DNA of 58,315 nt, filler included, from Sphacelaria rigidula (GCA_964200075.2; 5 parts of 5 records of this genome joined end to end with filler, not necessarily neighbours in it), one strand, 5' to 3'. Positions 1 through 13,174 are shown, counted from the whole stretch's first letter. Notes: generated by a model not told the origin, from the letters alone. Made by a program: numbers and translations.

Positions 1-658
1 GAAGCAAATGATCAAAGCCACTCTCAATCGTATCATCTACTCTCAATCCCACGGAAACACTGTTAAATGTATTATATGCTATCGCGGTGGCGTATAGTTA
101 GTAGAAGTAGATGTATAGGAAAACAAATCTCCACACGAGTTGGGCCCCTCCAAGAAACACCTGCTTTGTAGCGCTACCGAAAGCTTCAAGTCACCCGCTG
201 TAGACATTACTATAATTGTACCGCCGCCACATAAACGTAACTTGGATACATCAAATAAAACTTGAAGAGTGTAGCTTTCGTCAGATGCCGGTCGCATATG
301 CAAAAAGCAAACACAAGTTGCGGTAGCACATGTCGAAAACGAGCACAACGTTTTCACGGGGGAATAGGTTTTTCGAACCCATTGTTGAGCATGAAACCGT
401 AGAACTAGTTGATATGGACAGCCATGAATCAGGCGCTTCGAACGATCTATTCAGATTTTGAATCAGCATCCGCAATCTCGAGATATGGATATTTGAAGAG
501 GGGCACCTCGGGTAAATGAGCACTTGATTCGGCGCAAGGGTAACATGGATATTAAGACATATCTTGTTACGACGATATTTTCATTCTTTTTTTTTTCTCC
601 TGCAGGACACTGTCATGAAAATGGATATTAGCCTGCTATCATGCCGCTTCAGACCCGT

Positions 659-1117
659 TGTCGAGTCTATCTTTCGGTATTTCAGGTATTTCGGTATTCT
701 AGACTGCAGGTCTGTTCAGGTCGGGTACGAATATGAGCTTGTATATAGTAGAGATGGGGACAGCCAGATCTGCAGAATAGCAGATCTGGCACGCCTATCG
801 TCTCACTACCCACTGCCTCCCTACTGCCACGTGAGCAACAGAAGCCCAAGCATCGGTGAGACGGTTGGATTGATTGATTGGGTACTGGAATTAGAGACAA
901 GCTAATCCAGAATAAGTGAAGAACCTTCGTGTGAGAACCCGTCTGATATATTGTGCTGAGCCTGTGTTTGATTGCTGAGCCTGTGTTCAGCACTGTGCAG
1001 AACTGTGACAGCCTGACTGTTGTACACTTGCCTTGTGAGCCTGTACCTTGGATTGCAAACTGTATTCTTGCAAGTATAGCACAACAGCCTCAATACATTT
1101 GGCGTTTGACTAAGGAG
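659..1117 (+). repeat. Candidate 5' LTR (659-1097) and primer-binding site (1100-1117) of element A
   Basis: ...AATACA is followed after 2 nt by TGGCGTTTGACTAAGGAG (TGG would pair with tRNA CCA). The TG start at 659 is a guess; no second LTR in the scaffold. Confidence 0.35.
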
Positions 1118-3199
1118 CTCCGTCTGTTTTACAATTGTGTTGCCTTTCTAGCATTGATTGAAACCCCGCTTGTTCAGCTGCGTACCGTAGTTTTTGTCGA
1201 ATTCTTTCACCTTGCGGCTTTTGGGCCTTTCGTGGTCAAATCTACCTAGCCGTTTGCTAGATTGTGAGTCGTCAAGCTACTGTAAAGCTTCCCACCTGTG
1301 CGCTACATCGTGCATAGTATTCGTGCCATGCTGCTTGCCGCTTGCTGCAACGCTTGACCGCACATCTTGTGCGACATTGGGTCAACGCGCACCGCACGCC
1401 AGCCTCGCCTTGCTGTGCATTTGTTTGGTGTTTTTTTGTGATACATACACCTGCACGCTGCACGGTGGTACATTCGAACCACACAACGTAACATTCTTGG
1501 GTGAATCAAGTACAGCACGACCACGCGCCCAGCCATCTTTGACTCGCGTATCTGGTTTTATTGCCCTTCATTCTGCCAGGAGAAGTTTTTTACTACAGGT
1601 TTGTTACAGAACACCAGTGCACAAGGCGCACTGTTGCTCATAGTCAGCCGCTGTCCCTGACCTGAGCTCCTTGCCAAGTTAGTACTCTGCTACTCTAATA
1701 TGTTTAGTATCGATTTACGCAACTGTTGTATCTTTACTTCACGAAATCACTGAACAGTACAACCCGTGCTCCCAGAGAAGTGACCACGGACATCTGTACA
1801 CGAGATTTGTAGCCGTTCCGGCACTTTAGCTTCGTTGCTTGTACCTCCTTTGCTGTTGTTCTCTTCTGGTGCGCTTCGCACAGCTATAGAGCAGCGCTGT
1901 ATATCACCGTGTAAGTTACAATACAGCTCACAACGAACTGCGGGTTTTTCTCATTGATCCCCTCTCGAACAAGTCATAACCAGTTGTTCCGATACGATTT
2001 CGTCGGGATAATACTAGTTTGACACATTCCAAACCTACCATACATACTCACTTGGAGCAAACAGCACTCGAAACTAGTGCCCCTTGCCTGTGCCCTACTT
2101 AGCCCTCAGCGTTGGCCCTGCTGTGCACAACTTCACCTTTGTTTCACATACTTAAGTTGCCTAAACTCCGTTGTGTAACAAGCTCTCGCCCTGCACTACG
2201 CAGTTCGATCTCGCGGTCTACATCCCAAGCTTTGGGAACGCTTTTGTGCTGCCCCACGCCGCACCATTCTGGTGCTTATCTTCTTTCTTTTTTTCATTTG
2301 TACATCGCCAGTCGTTTCTCAGCTTGTGCCGGGATAATATAGTTATAGTCTGCGCGTGACGCCACACCCGGAACACGTGCAAGTTGTACGACTTTCACGT
2401 GCCAACGCTGCTGCAGACAATCAGATCTGCGCTTTCTGTGCGCAATCCCGAGCTCCGTTGATAGCTATTACCGCCACAACTTAGATAAGTTGTATTAACC
2501 ATACCCCGGACATAGTTGTTACATACAGCAATTCGCTCGAATGAAGTACTCAAGTAGATCAGGTCCCAAGGTCCCCCCCAGGCGCTATCAAGCTTCATTA
2601 TCCCGTATTTCCTGATACAAGCTTCGGCCGTTGCACGTAGCATATCTTGGTGTCACGCTCCTTTGATTAGAGCCCGCAGTTCAGACACACTGCCCCAGCC
2701 TTTTTAAGCACACAAGTTGCGTGCGATTATCATGTCCCACAGAAATAACGCTGGCTCTTCCACTCAGTTGGGAAACCAATCGCTTCGTCGGACACGGAGT
2801 CAAACCGCTGGCGGTTCGAAATCTTTTAATATGAGTGTCAGGTCACCTCCAACTCATCGCCGCACCTATGCGAGCGCTGTCCGATCTTTGAGATCTAAAG
2901 ACCAACCTTCGAGCGATGCTCGTTCTTCGAGGCTTGGAGAAGACTATGACGCTGAGACCCGTTCTCTCACGTTCCGACTTGGACTCAGAGAACAGACTTG
3001 TGCAACCGGCTGAGTCACTGGTTCCTGACGGACATGTCAGTGTACGCATTACGGTGGATTCCGTAGCGCCCCCCTCGCTGCGTCCTGTTCTTCAGAGTCC
3101 CAATGTGGCATCCGAAGTCAGGATTGTGCCCCCGGCTGAGTCGTTGTCCTTGGACACACGTGTCCAACTTGGTCCTGTAACGGTTGCTTCAACCGTGGC

Positions 3200-3386
3200 A
3201 CCCCGTCGTATGACGGCTGACAACAACCGAGACGATTCTGTCCCGACGAAGCGTATCGCCTCTAGAGCAAGAGACTTTGTCACGCGGAATGTTTCCGTAC
3301 CCCGTCGCATGACGGCTGACAACTCTCGAAACGATTCCGTCCCGACGCAGCGTATCGACTCTGGAGCAAGAGACTTTGTCACGCGG
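3200..3386 (+). repeat. 99-bp in-frame tandem duplication in gag
   Basis: ACCCCGTCG...GACTTTGTCACGCGG at 3200 and 3299; protein PRRMTADN..DSVPT.RI.S.ARDFVTR twice. Confidence 0.9.
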
Positions 3387-5171
3387 GCTGCTTCTGTTAC
3401 GGACCCCCACCGCACGACTCTTGGTAGCCCCGTGCGACCTACTGCGCAGTCCAATGTCGGCTCCGCAGTTGCGGCCATGCATGCTGCCATGCAAACTCTG
3501 CATCGCACCTTATCGGCGTCGTCGCACTCGCCAGCTCCAGCTTTCATCGAGGCATATAAGGCTTTCTGCCAGGCCACGCTCCAAGATCAATCGGCGTCTA
3601 CTCACGTGCAATTCCACGATGATTCTGCACCTGCCATGCCCAAACCCATACGTTTGGGACCCCGATCGGCGACATCGCGTCTTCCGTCCGTCACTCACGA
3701 AACATTCAACAACATGAATCCAGCCCCTCCTCAACGTCAAACCAGAGTCTTACTCGCGCTTCTTACCGGCGCCGCACACCGACAGTTGGTCACGACCACG
3801 TCTCCCGTTCTGGCAGTTCTAAGGGCAACTCCCAGCAAAGCTTGGATTCATCGCGCGCTTTTACACGCCCGAAGAACGTCGCTCATGGTCGCAAATATGA
3901 CGGTATGTCACGCCACAGTTCCAATTCATCGCGCGCCTCGAAGCGCCCGGTGAATGCCAACCGTGAACGTACTCACGAGGATGATTTGCGGGACAGATCA
4001 AGTTCTTCGCGCGTTCACACGCGCTCGAAAAACACCGATCATACACCCACACGCACCTCTCCTGCTCCGCATCTGTCACGCCGCCGTCATGTACGCAATG
4101 ATAACACTGTACATGCTGATGATATCCACAACATATTTTCGGACATGTCACCGGCTCTGGAATCCTCAATTGAAGGGTCCGCACCTCATCGCAAAACCGA
4201 CGACCCCGCCCTGACCGCGAACCACCGTCCCGCTCCCATGCTGCGATTATTCGTTCTCTTCAACAACGACTGACATACCTAGAGCGACAACTATCGACCA
4301 TGGACACTTCTACATCCGCTGCCGATGCCGCCATGCTCGCCACGGAGCCCACTCGCGTTTCTGCAGCTACTGCTGCCGCACCACCTGCCGCCGCCGCAGC
4401 CGCTACCTTGGCCGCTGCGCCTTCAGCCACCCCCGCGACGACGACTCCCACAGCCACCGCCGCCACGTCAACGGCTGACGCGGACGCCGACAGTGGTCCA
4501 ACCACAGGCCCAGTCAACGATGCCCCCGTGCACTCGCCCCCATCCGTGGAGGATCTCCCTCCGCTCTGCGACGAGCGCTGGCTGACTGGCCTCATCTTGA
4601 GGCCCTTTCGGAACCGCCCTCGCGCGGAGCAGCTAGAGCTTATCAGGGATTACGCCACACATGCTCCGGCACTGGCTAACGACGTCTTGGAGCAGCAGAA
4701 GGAGGCCGACGCTGCTGCGGCACGCGTCTTTGCCGAAGAACATACCTCAAAGCATGAACACCTTCAGCGCCAGGCTACCCGGGCGCAGACTTCCAACTCC
4801 GCGGCCCAACGCTCATTACAGGAAGGCCGCACTGCTGCGTTGGCGGCCCAGCAACGCGTTAAAGATCTCGAGGAGCATACCCGCCGCACTGCTCAAGACG
4901 CGGCCACGTCGGAAGCCCGTCTCTCCAACCATCAGGTCTTCCCGCCGTCCATCGCCAATACGCTCGGTGGACGCGCCCCTCGCCAGCCACCAACCAACAT
5001 GTCTAATTATGTAATACCACGTAAGTTCGACAATACGTCGGGTGCTGCGGCTGCTGCCGCCCCCACGGCGGCTCCAACACCGCCAACTCGTGGAGCTAGC
5101 TCGGCGGCGAATATCGTTCCTGCCCGAGACTTGCAACTGGCGCGCCACGAACGAGAGTGACTTTCTCGTTC

Positions 5172-5407
5172 GAGGGATGCTACGGTAGGGGTGCAGAAAT
5201 ATTTTCTGAGGGTAGAATTATTAGGAGCCCTTTATCTCATGCAAAGCACGACCTATAAAAATATGTGAAGGTACTCCAGGATTACTACTCCAATGTGCTG
5301 GAGATATNNNNNNNNNNATCCATATTTTTGTGCATCTAGAGTCGTTAGGAGCCCCTGAACCAGACATAATTTCGCGAAAAAAGTGCACCCCTACCGTTGC
5401 ATTGCTC
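5172..5407 (+). mobile_element. Sola-like MITE, copy 1 (inserted in gag of element A)
   Basis: TIRs GAGGGATGCTACGGTAGGGGTGCA / TGCACCCCTACCGTTGCATTGCTC; 4-bp TSD GTTC at 5168-5171 and 5408-5411. Confidence 0.88.
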
Positions 5408-7584
5408 GTTCCGTGGCCGCCCATACCGGTCCCTTCCATCGCAGCAACCACCTTCATTGTTCCCGCGACCCATAGGCCCTTATCTCGCAGCGAATGTTTT
5501 ATGTCGTGGGCGTTTACGTGAACCAGGGCGGCACCTTCCCTAAAGATGGCGTATCAGTGCTCTCACCTTGGGCCAACTGGTCCCTCAGACGACCATCGGT
5601 GATCACCCGGGCCACAAGACTTACGTTAATGCTGTCATCAAACGTTTTGCGACGCGCCGCGCTGCCTACAACACTCATCCCGGCGCCACCATCGCCGACG
5701 GAGACGAAAATGAAGATGGGTGGACTCCCGCAACCTCCAACTACCGGGGCCAGAAAAAAAACACCGACGAGATGACGACGACAACGATGGCGAAAATTCA
5801 CGCCGCCGCCATGGCGGTGGAGGATCTTCTTCGGGCGGTTCCGGACCGAACCGCCCGCCTCGCAAACCGCACCGCAAGAAATCCCGAGGTAGCTCTTCCG
5901 GTTCTTCCGCAACTGGCTGGAACCGGTCTAGTACAGGCCTTCCCCCCTCGGATCCGGCGACCCCCAAGCAAGTGATTCCAAAATTGGCTGATGTTTCGGC
6001 CCGCATTTTAGGTTTATCCGATACGGACACACCTGACCGTCCTTTGTCTTCTACTGCAGCCCGCGCCCTAGCAACCGCTGCGGCTAATAAAGAAAGTTCT
6101 GAAGCTAGCAATAAAGAAGCTTCCGATAGCGCTGAGTCTGCCCGAGTAGCTGCAATACAGAGACAGTATGTTCAGATGGATGTGAAAAACCTCTGGCACA
6201 TCAAGACCATGCCTGCGGATAACGAAGATTCGGGCCAGTTTATTTCTGCCCTCATCACGTCCATCCGCCGTACTGTTTGTAACATCCTTCACTTGGCGGA
6301 TGCGACTGGCACACAACGTCTCGAAGATTCCGACTGAGTAGAGGGCTGGCAGACTTCCTTGCACAAAGCAATGCATCGATCCATCAGCCGCCGCTCTCCC
6401 GACCTCGCTGCTTCTTTAACGCAGGGTCGCGACGGCTTCCTCGCCCAGATGGATCCGGACCGTGCCAAGGGGAAGGCAGGCCCAACATTACTCTCTGATT
6501 TGGAGAGACGTTCAATTGGTTACCTCGACAAACGTGGCCAGGCCAGCGCCATCCAGATGTTGAGTTCTTTTGTCGTCGCATCTGATGCCCCCTCCGTGGA
6601 TTGTCTCCGCGAATTTAAGCTGTTGGTTTCGAGTACGACGGGTGTCGGACGCCAGAACGGACCGAGCAATGCAATGTGTCAGACTTTCGTTCGCAGTGGC
6701 GTTGCTCAACAGTATCCGGCTCTAATGCCGTCGTTGTTTTCGCGTGTCTTGGCGCATCGCGAGGTGCCTTACGCCTCCGCTAATACTATGTGGTCTGGTC
6801 TGCTTTCGTACACCAAGAGGGTAATCTAACGCCCGCCATACGTGGCAAACCTTGTACGTCTGTGCGCTCACAACCTACGGTTGTGTCCTCCGCCCGTTCC
6901 CAAGGGGTTCGCGGCAGGAATTCGAGCTTGTCTCGCGCTTCATGGACCCCCGACTCGGTCGCCGGTTCAGTTATGCATGTTCAGAGTACCAGAGATGCAT
7001 TTAGCGCGAGTTTTGATGGTTGGCCGTTTTCCGAGGAAACTTGGGGTGATATTTATTTGACATCAACAACGGCATTCATAACCGATGGCCCCCACTTGTG
7101 GAACCCACTTCTTTCGTCTTCCGCTAGACGCAATGCCTTCAGCAGTCATGCCAATAGTTACATCAGCTGTAGTGTTATAGGCCACAGCATGCGCAACTGC
7201 GACAGTCCATGCATCAATGCCTTTGATCTTATGAACCCTGAATTGCAGGACAATGAGCCCGCGTAGCGCCGATGGCAAAAACGCATGCGCGACTATCGCC
7301 CGCCTAATCGGAATTACCGTAACGAATCGAACCAATGTGGCAACAAAAGCTCTAATCGCGGTCGCCGACAAAGCAACAATCACGGAAGCCCTCGCCACAA
7401 CGATCAAAATTTTCGCGACATCAAACGTTCCGCTGATGGACACCAGCGGACGGGACCGACACAAAGCTCTAATCCCAACACCAGAAACCCTGGTACCTTC
7501 ACTACGGATCGCTTAGATCCATGACGTGCCGACGCCGGCGTTCTTCGGTTTTCCACGCCGCCGATAGCACGAGCCAAGACTTTC

Positions 7585-7815
7585 TCAACACAGCTTGCCG
7601 AGTCCGTGTCTAAAATTGCTCACTCGACTCCCCCGGCACTATCCAGGAGCGGAACTGACTGCCGTTCAAATCGACCCCCGTTTCCAACCTCCACACAATT
7701 TTCAACACAGCCCGCAGAGCCCGCGACTGAAATTGTTCGCCCGGCTCCCCCGGCACTATGCAGGAGCGCAACTGACGGCCGTTCATATCCACCCCCGTCT
7801 TCACCCCTCCACACA
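7585..7815 (+). repeat. 117-bp tandem duplication between gag and protease
   Basis: TCAACACAGC...CTCCCCCGGCACTAT.CAGGAGCG.AACTGAC at 7585 and 7702. Confidence 0.85.
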
Positions 7816-8660
7816 CCGCGTAACAGTTGAGTCACCCCGCGCCTCAGACCTACACCCGGCTTTGAACTTCGTCCTTCAGTGCCGAGTATAAGCCGGAGGC
7901 GTAGAAAGACCAACCGCCAGTCCCTGAGGCAAAGGCTTCCCCTAGCAACCGCACGCGCAGGTAGCAGCAAGCCTTTTTCAGCTGACCCAAGTGTTGCTGA
8001 TTTGAACTTGACCACATCGGGTCATGCAATTCCCAATCAGTTGGATCGAGCTCCTTCCCCGCGATTTTCAACACGCACGGACCTACCTTCGGCCGGTTCT
8101 AATAACAACCACCCCAAGATATCTTCGGCTATGACCGAACAGCCAAGCTTGCCTACGGAAAGCAGCCCACAAGTTTCGCTCCGTCATGCCCCGATGTTGA
8201 CTCCATCCACGCAACTGGACGCAGTTGTGGTTTCACCTCAAAATGTTTTGGAAGTTCCCCGACCTTTGTCACGGCGAAGAAGAAAGCCCCGTAAGCATGC
8301 CCCAAAGGACGCGCGCGCATCATCACTTACACCTCTTTCGAGCGGAAATCCTCGACCTCAATCTCTCCAAAATGCGACGACTTTGAGTTCGACGGCTCTA
8401 TCAAGTATCCCGGAAGAAACAAAATCACGTAATTCTGACGGTACTACTCCCGCAATCGACGACTCCAGACCCGCACGTTCTGGGTCCCCCTCGGGCGGTG
8501 ATCCCTGTCAACCAAAGACGATCATTTACGAAATCGCCAAAAGTCACTCTGACCGTGCCACACCTGAAAATAGTATACCGTCCACCCCCTTCTCTGGTGA
8601 GACATCTGACCCACCGGTATCACCCGCCGTGCGTTTTTGCTGTCAGCCCCGCTCATCCTG

Positions 8661-10966
8661 ACCAGCTCACCTTGCCGGAACACGGTCCGGATCTTGTCGG
8701 CGGTAAAGTGTCTGTAGATCCGGCCACTTTCCCTACTCGCGTTGCGATCCATTCCGGTCCAAACGCTATCACGCCTACGAAATGCGTATCCTTGTTGGAC
8801 AGCGGCAGCCCGCAAACGTTTATTCGAGAATCAACATAGAAACACATGAAACAGACTGGCGCTGCTACTGCAGCTTGCAGAACCACCACCAAACCTTGCG
8901 TGTGGGGCGATTTCGGTGATTCTGCCGCACCACGGACGACACGTAAATCCGTACGTCTTCGTGTACAATTCTTTCACAACACCACTCGATCTGCCAGCCT
9001 GGCAGTCCGGGCATACATTGTCCCCGACAGCACCATGCATCACGCCATATTATTGGGCAGAGATAGCTACATGCGGTGTAATATACGCACCTACCGCACA
9101 CTCCCACCACTAACGCCACATTCCACGCCGCGTGGAAAATTCAACCTCGAGTACTTCGGTACTCTCACGGCGCCCTGGCGTATCGGGAGAATCCTCAAGC
9201 AACCGGAGCTGCTTACCACCAACGATATAACGGTAGCGTCGGTATTACACTCTTCGACGACCCCCAACTTCTTGAAGTTGCACTAGTTCACCGAAATGGC
9301 ATGCCAGCACTTACGCGCCATTATCTTGCCGGAATGTTACCCCGTATTGGTACACCAGCCGACACAGAACATCTTGTGTCGGCGGGACATCAACTCCTCC
9401 CTCTTACGGGTCATGCTAACTTGGAACCGGGCGATGTTTCAGAAATCGCGGCTGCTCCCCTGATGCACATCCCACTCGAGACGTGCGTAGCAGAGCCTGC
9501 CGCGCCAAACGCCACATCTCCGGCAGAGTGAGTCCATTGTGTCGATGAATCTTATTTCGACCTCGCCTCTGCGACTCCACCCCAGGTCTACACCGTGGAT
9601 CCTGCCCAGTCAACTTCTGATCCTCCTACTGAAGTGCTTCAACGCTTATCACCGGATTCTCGGAATAGTTTCTTGCACATGTGGAACCAACTGCCGCGAC
9701 ACATGCGCGACATCAATTTTGACCTTCATGGGCCTGGCTGGGAACCGGCAGTCATCCGAGAACTCAGTGAGGTCCTGCTACAGTACCAAGGCCGATTTCC
9801 CGATCCAAGACGGATCTTGGGGATTGCAAAACACTGCCCTTTAAGGTTGCCCTCCAACCCGGTGTCTTGCCGATTTCTTCTCGGCCATACCAAACAAACC
9901 CAATCCTTACCAAGAAAGTTAACACCATCTTGGATGCGTATTTGGGAGCGGGACTAATACAACATTCCTCCTCCCCTTGGGCCTCGTCCCTCGTGGTAGT
10001 TCCCAAAAGGATGGAAACACGCGCATAACCGTGAATTATCAACGGTTAAACCGCGTCACTGTAGTCGGTAAACTTCCAATTCCCCGCATGGATGAAGTCC
10101 TCGACTCCTTAGGCGAAGGCAAAATATTCAGCACCCTCGACCTCGCTTCTGGATTTTTTGCAGAATGCTATACACCCTGACACAGTCCCACTGACCGGCT
10201 TTTTCTACCTCGTCCGGACTCTATGAGTGGCTTCGGATGCCACAGGGCGCCGCCACTGCCCCGGGATGCTTTCAACGCTTAATGCAACGCGTCACCGAGG
10301 GCCTCGAGCACATCACCACGTACCTGGATGACGCCATCGCTTTCGATGCCTCACCTATTGCACATATACGCACTCTACGAGAATTACTCTCTCGCCTACG
10401 CACGCACGATTTGAAACTGTCTTCATCCAAAGCTCGCCTTGGTGGGACTGACTTGGATTTCGTGGGGCATTTCATTTCGCCAGCAGGCCTGCATCCGGAT
10501 ACAAACAAAGTCAAGGCGGTGACTGATCTGCAAATGCCAACTAAAATTTCTCAACTTCGCTCATTGTTGGGCGGGCTATCCTACGACCGCAATTTTCTAC
10601 CGAATTTATCTAAACGGATTCACCCCCCTACTGAGCTACTCAAGAAAGGAGCCGTGTTTTTCTTCACAACCGAGATGGAGGATATCACCCGCGAATTAGT
10701 CAAGACGTTTACCGAAAAGCCAGTTCTCTGTTTTCCTGTTTGGGAGGCAGTACAAAAGCACTGACGCCAGCACAAACGGATTTGGAGGAGTTTTGAATCA
10801 ACCTCAGGTTGATGGCTCCGTCCGACCCATCCTCTACATCAGCCGCGCTACTCTGCCCAACGAGACCAATTGGAGCCCGCTAGAACTGGAAGGTGGAGTA
10901 ATCAGTTGAACCATTAAGCGCCTTCGACAATATCTGTTTTACGTGCCGTTCGGATCTATACAGATC
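8661..10966 (+). pseudogene. pol pseudogene (aspartic protease, RT, partial RNase H) of element A
   Basis: LLDSG, HAILLGRD, RITVNYQRLN, YLDD and LGGLSY.R.F.PN motifs; frameshifts and stops. Confidence 0.92.
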
Positions 10967-11525
10967 ACGGAGCACCCAAACCTGAGGGAAGGTGGCCGCT
11001 TCGGGTCCAGTTAAACATCCAAGAATACCATCGAACGGCAACACCGAACGTTTCGGGAATCGGCATCACGCAGTCCTTGAAGAACGGAACAGTTATCGAC
11101 AAGCTACTGTTCGTATTAGAGAACAATGCGCATGGAACGCTTTGTAGATTGGAAAACACGGATTTTGACGGAAAGACACTTCTCCGGGCCCCCACTTCTG
11201 TTGTATAAGCCTGTCAAAAGTTTTTCCTCGTTCATCAATGCCTGGCTGGGGGACAGGGAAGCCGTCCTCCCTCAGGATTTGAGAGCCGTTTGCATTGTGT
11301 TGATGCAGTTGATAAAATTCAAACTCTCTATCTTTCACAGATGTTGCGACTTCGGTGCAGTTTGTCACTGTGACCACCTACCTCTGAGCAGACGGGAGTA
11401 CGGAGAGCATCAAAATGTATCTATGATCCGGTTTGCCTGCCGTACTGCCGACAGCGTCGCGTCAAAGCCTCAAGACCCTTGCTGTCAGCGGTTGATGACG
11501 TGGGTCTCGAATACAACGGCATGCG

Positions 11526-11584
11526 GTTAACAACAAATTGTGCGAATTGAGGTTTAACTCCGAGATGAGGTTCAAGCCTAAAAC
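11526..11584 (+). repeat. Terminus of a multi-copy element at the scaffold end
   Basis: GTTAACAACAAATTGTGCGAATTGAGG...; 55/59 identical to the reverse complement of 35066-35124. Confidence 0.8.
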
Positions 11585-11684
11585 NNNNNNNNNNNNNNNN
11601 NNNNNNNNNNNNNNNNNNNNNNNNNNNNTTAATTAATTAANNNNNNNNNNNNNNNNNNNNNNNNNNNNNNNNNNNNNNNNNNNN
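11585..11684. other. Artificial scaffold-joining spacer (N44-TTAATTAATTAA-N44)
   Basis: Exactly 100 bp with a six-frame-stop linker; identical at four positions. Confidence 0.97.
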
Positions 11685-12977
11685 AGGGGGGTGCTTTTGG
11701 GCGCCGAAGAAAGTCATCGGGCCTTGTCGGTTCTGGATTTAACAAAGCGCTGTTTTTTTTTCTAGTTGGGACTCATGTCAAGATTGAAACTTTTCCTGCA
11801 CTTTCGGCTGTTGATGCTATTTGGTTTCGAATCCTCCTGCGTTTTTTGTTTTGTTTTTTCTCTACATTTTTTGCTTTCAACAGGGAGGGGCGTCTCTCGT
11901 CAAAATTTCTCTCGCGAGAATCAGCGGCGGAATCGTGAACTTCCGACCTTAGTAGGTCCACGTCCTTTATGTTCCGAATTTCTCTACTTGGTTCTCCTCG
12001 CTTCTACGCTTTCCACTAAAGAGGTCCGAAACAATATTTTTTTTTGTTTTCGAGCAGAAATACGGCGTAAAAAGCTGCCATACCAAATCAGACGAAAGGC
12101 CAACACGGGTGTGATGCCCCACCGAAGCGCATGCTCGACATTTCAACGCATGTACCTGCAACGACAGACACTCGGGTTCGACGCCTCACGCCTGTAGAAA
12201 TTTTTACCGTTGATACAGTTGATCGTATGGAAGGGATGAAGGTTTATCCATCGTTTTACCGCGTAGAAGGAGAAGGAAAGGGGGGGGAGGGGGCGGGCAT
12301 TGGGATGGCGCGGGGCCCGCGTGCTTTCCGGTACAAAAGTGCGATATGAAAAATACGATGTCCTGTCGCGTGTGTAGAGTATTGAGCACACAAGCATCAA
12401 AAGGCCATGCATCATACCCTGGAGGCAACGAGAAGCAGGGGGTGGAAATGGAGATTGGGATGGCGAGAGACCCCAGCTTTTGTCACCTCGTCCACTATCG
12501 TATCTTCTTGAACACTATGAGACTAGCTGCATATACGTGTTTGTGACGATGGGCCCATTTCTTTTCCCTTGTACTTGGCAGTACTACCGGGGGGGGGGAT
12601 GAGTTGATCTCTCGAGAACACGGAGCCGTCCTAAGGAAGGGGGCGAATCAGATGCGAGACATGAATGGGGCTGGAATCGAACTCCTCGATTTTGAAAACA
12701 AACCTCTGACGTGTACCGTTCTTGATCAAGCATCTAGCCGAAGACCTCATGGCCTTCAGATGAAAGCTATCGCTCTCCTCGAACGTCCCGCTGTTGTAGC
12801 ATTTTTATTCGTGTCCCGCGACCACTGACCGTCCACCGTGTGACTCAAAGTTCTCTATTCCGTATTTGCCCACTCGAAAATAGTCAAGTCACGGCGAGAA
12901 ATGTGGACTTTTCATCACCATCATCCAGCTCATCGGTTATCTCACTTCCAAATCCCACACGGGCCGTGCATATACAG

Positions 12978-13174
12978 GGAGTCGCGCATCAGCGAAAGCC
13001 GTGAAAGGAGGGGCGGCCGGCTGCGTCGGGGATGGAGGGGTTGGGGGGGCGAGTGGGGTTGCAGCGGCGGAGGGACCAATTTCAAGCAAACCCTGGGGCA
13101 CCGAAAAGCTGCAAAAATATCTCTGCTACGTGCGGGACACGTATACTTCGTTGCAGCTCACGAGAGATGCCGAG
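12978..13174 (+). CDS. MCM9: MCM9 DNA helicase, internal exon (5' exons lie outside the scaffold)
   Basis: tatacag|...PWGTEKLQKYLCYVRDTYTSLQLTRDAE|gtgaga; matches the MCM 'W..E.L..Y...V+' helix; phase 1 to 0. Confidence 0.85.

Larger units (their letters stand above)
2732..8660 (+). pseudogene. Fragmented gag-like polyprotein region of element A
   Basis: Chain of same-strand ORF pieces (2717-3013, 2916-3953, 3842-4273, 4300-5160, 5494-6337, 6359-7266, 7285-7524, 7879-8661), Ala/Pro/Ser/Arg-rich, leading into the protease; degenerate CCHC knuckle. Confidence 0.7.
659..10966 (+). mobile_element. Decayed Ty3/gypsy LTR retrotransposon (element A), 3'-truncated within RNase H
   Basis: Domain order gag (degenerate zinc knuckle YISCSVIGHSMRNC ~7158-7200), protease (VSLLDSGSPQTFI ~8786-8824), RT (KLPIPRMDEVLDSLG, FSTLDLASGF, MPQG, YLDD at 10321), RNase H (TDAS..., RPILYISR, ELE, YTDH). 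Many stops and frameshifts. 5' boundary is tentative. Confidence 0.9.

Noticed and set aside
11629..11640. TTAATTAATTAA motif recurring every ~11.68 kb
   Set aside because: Embedded in N runs; an assembly linker, not a biological periodic element
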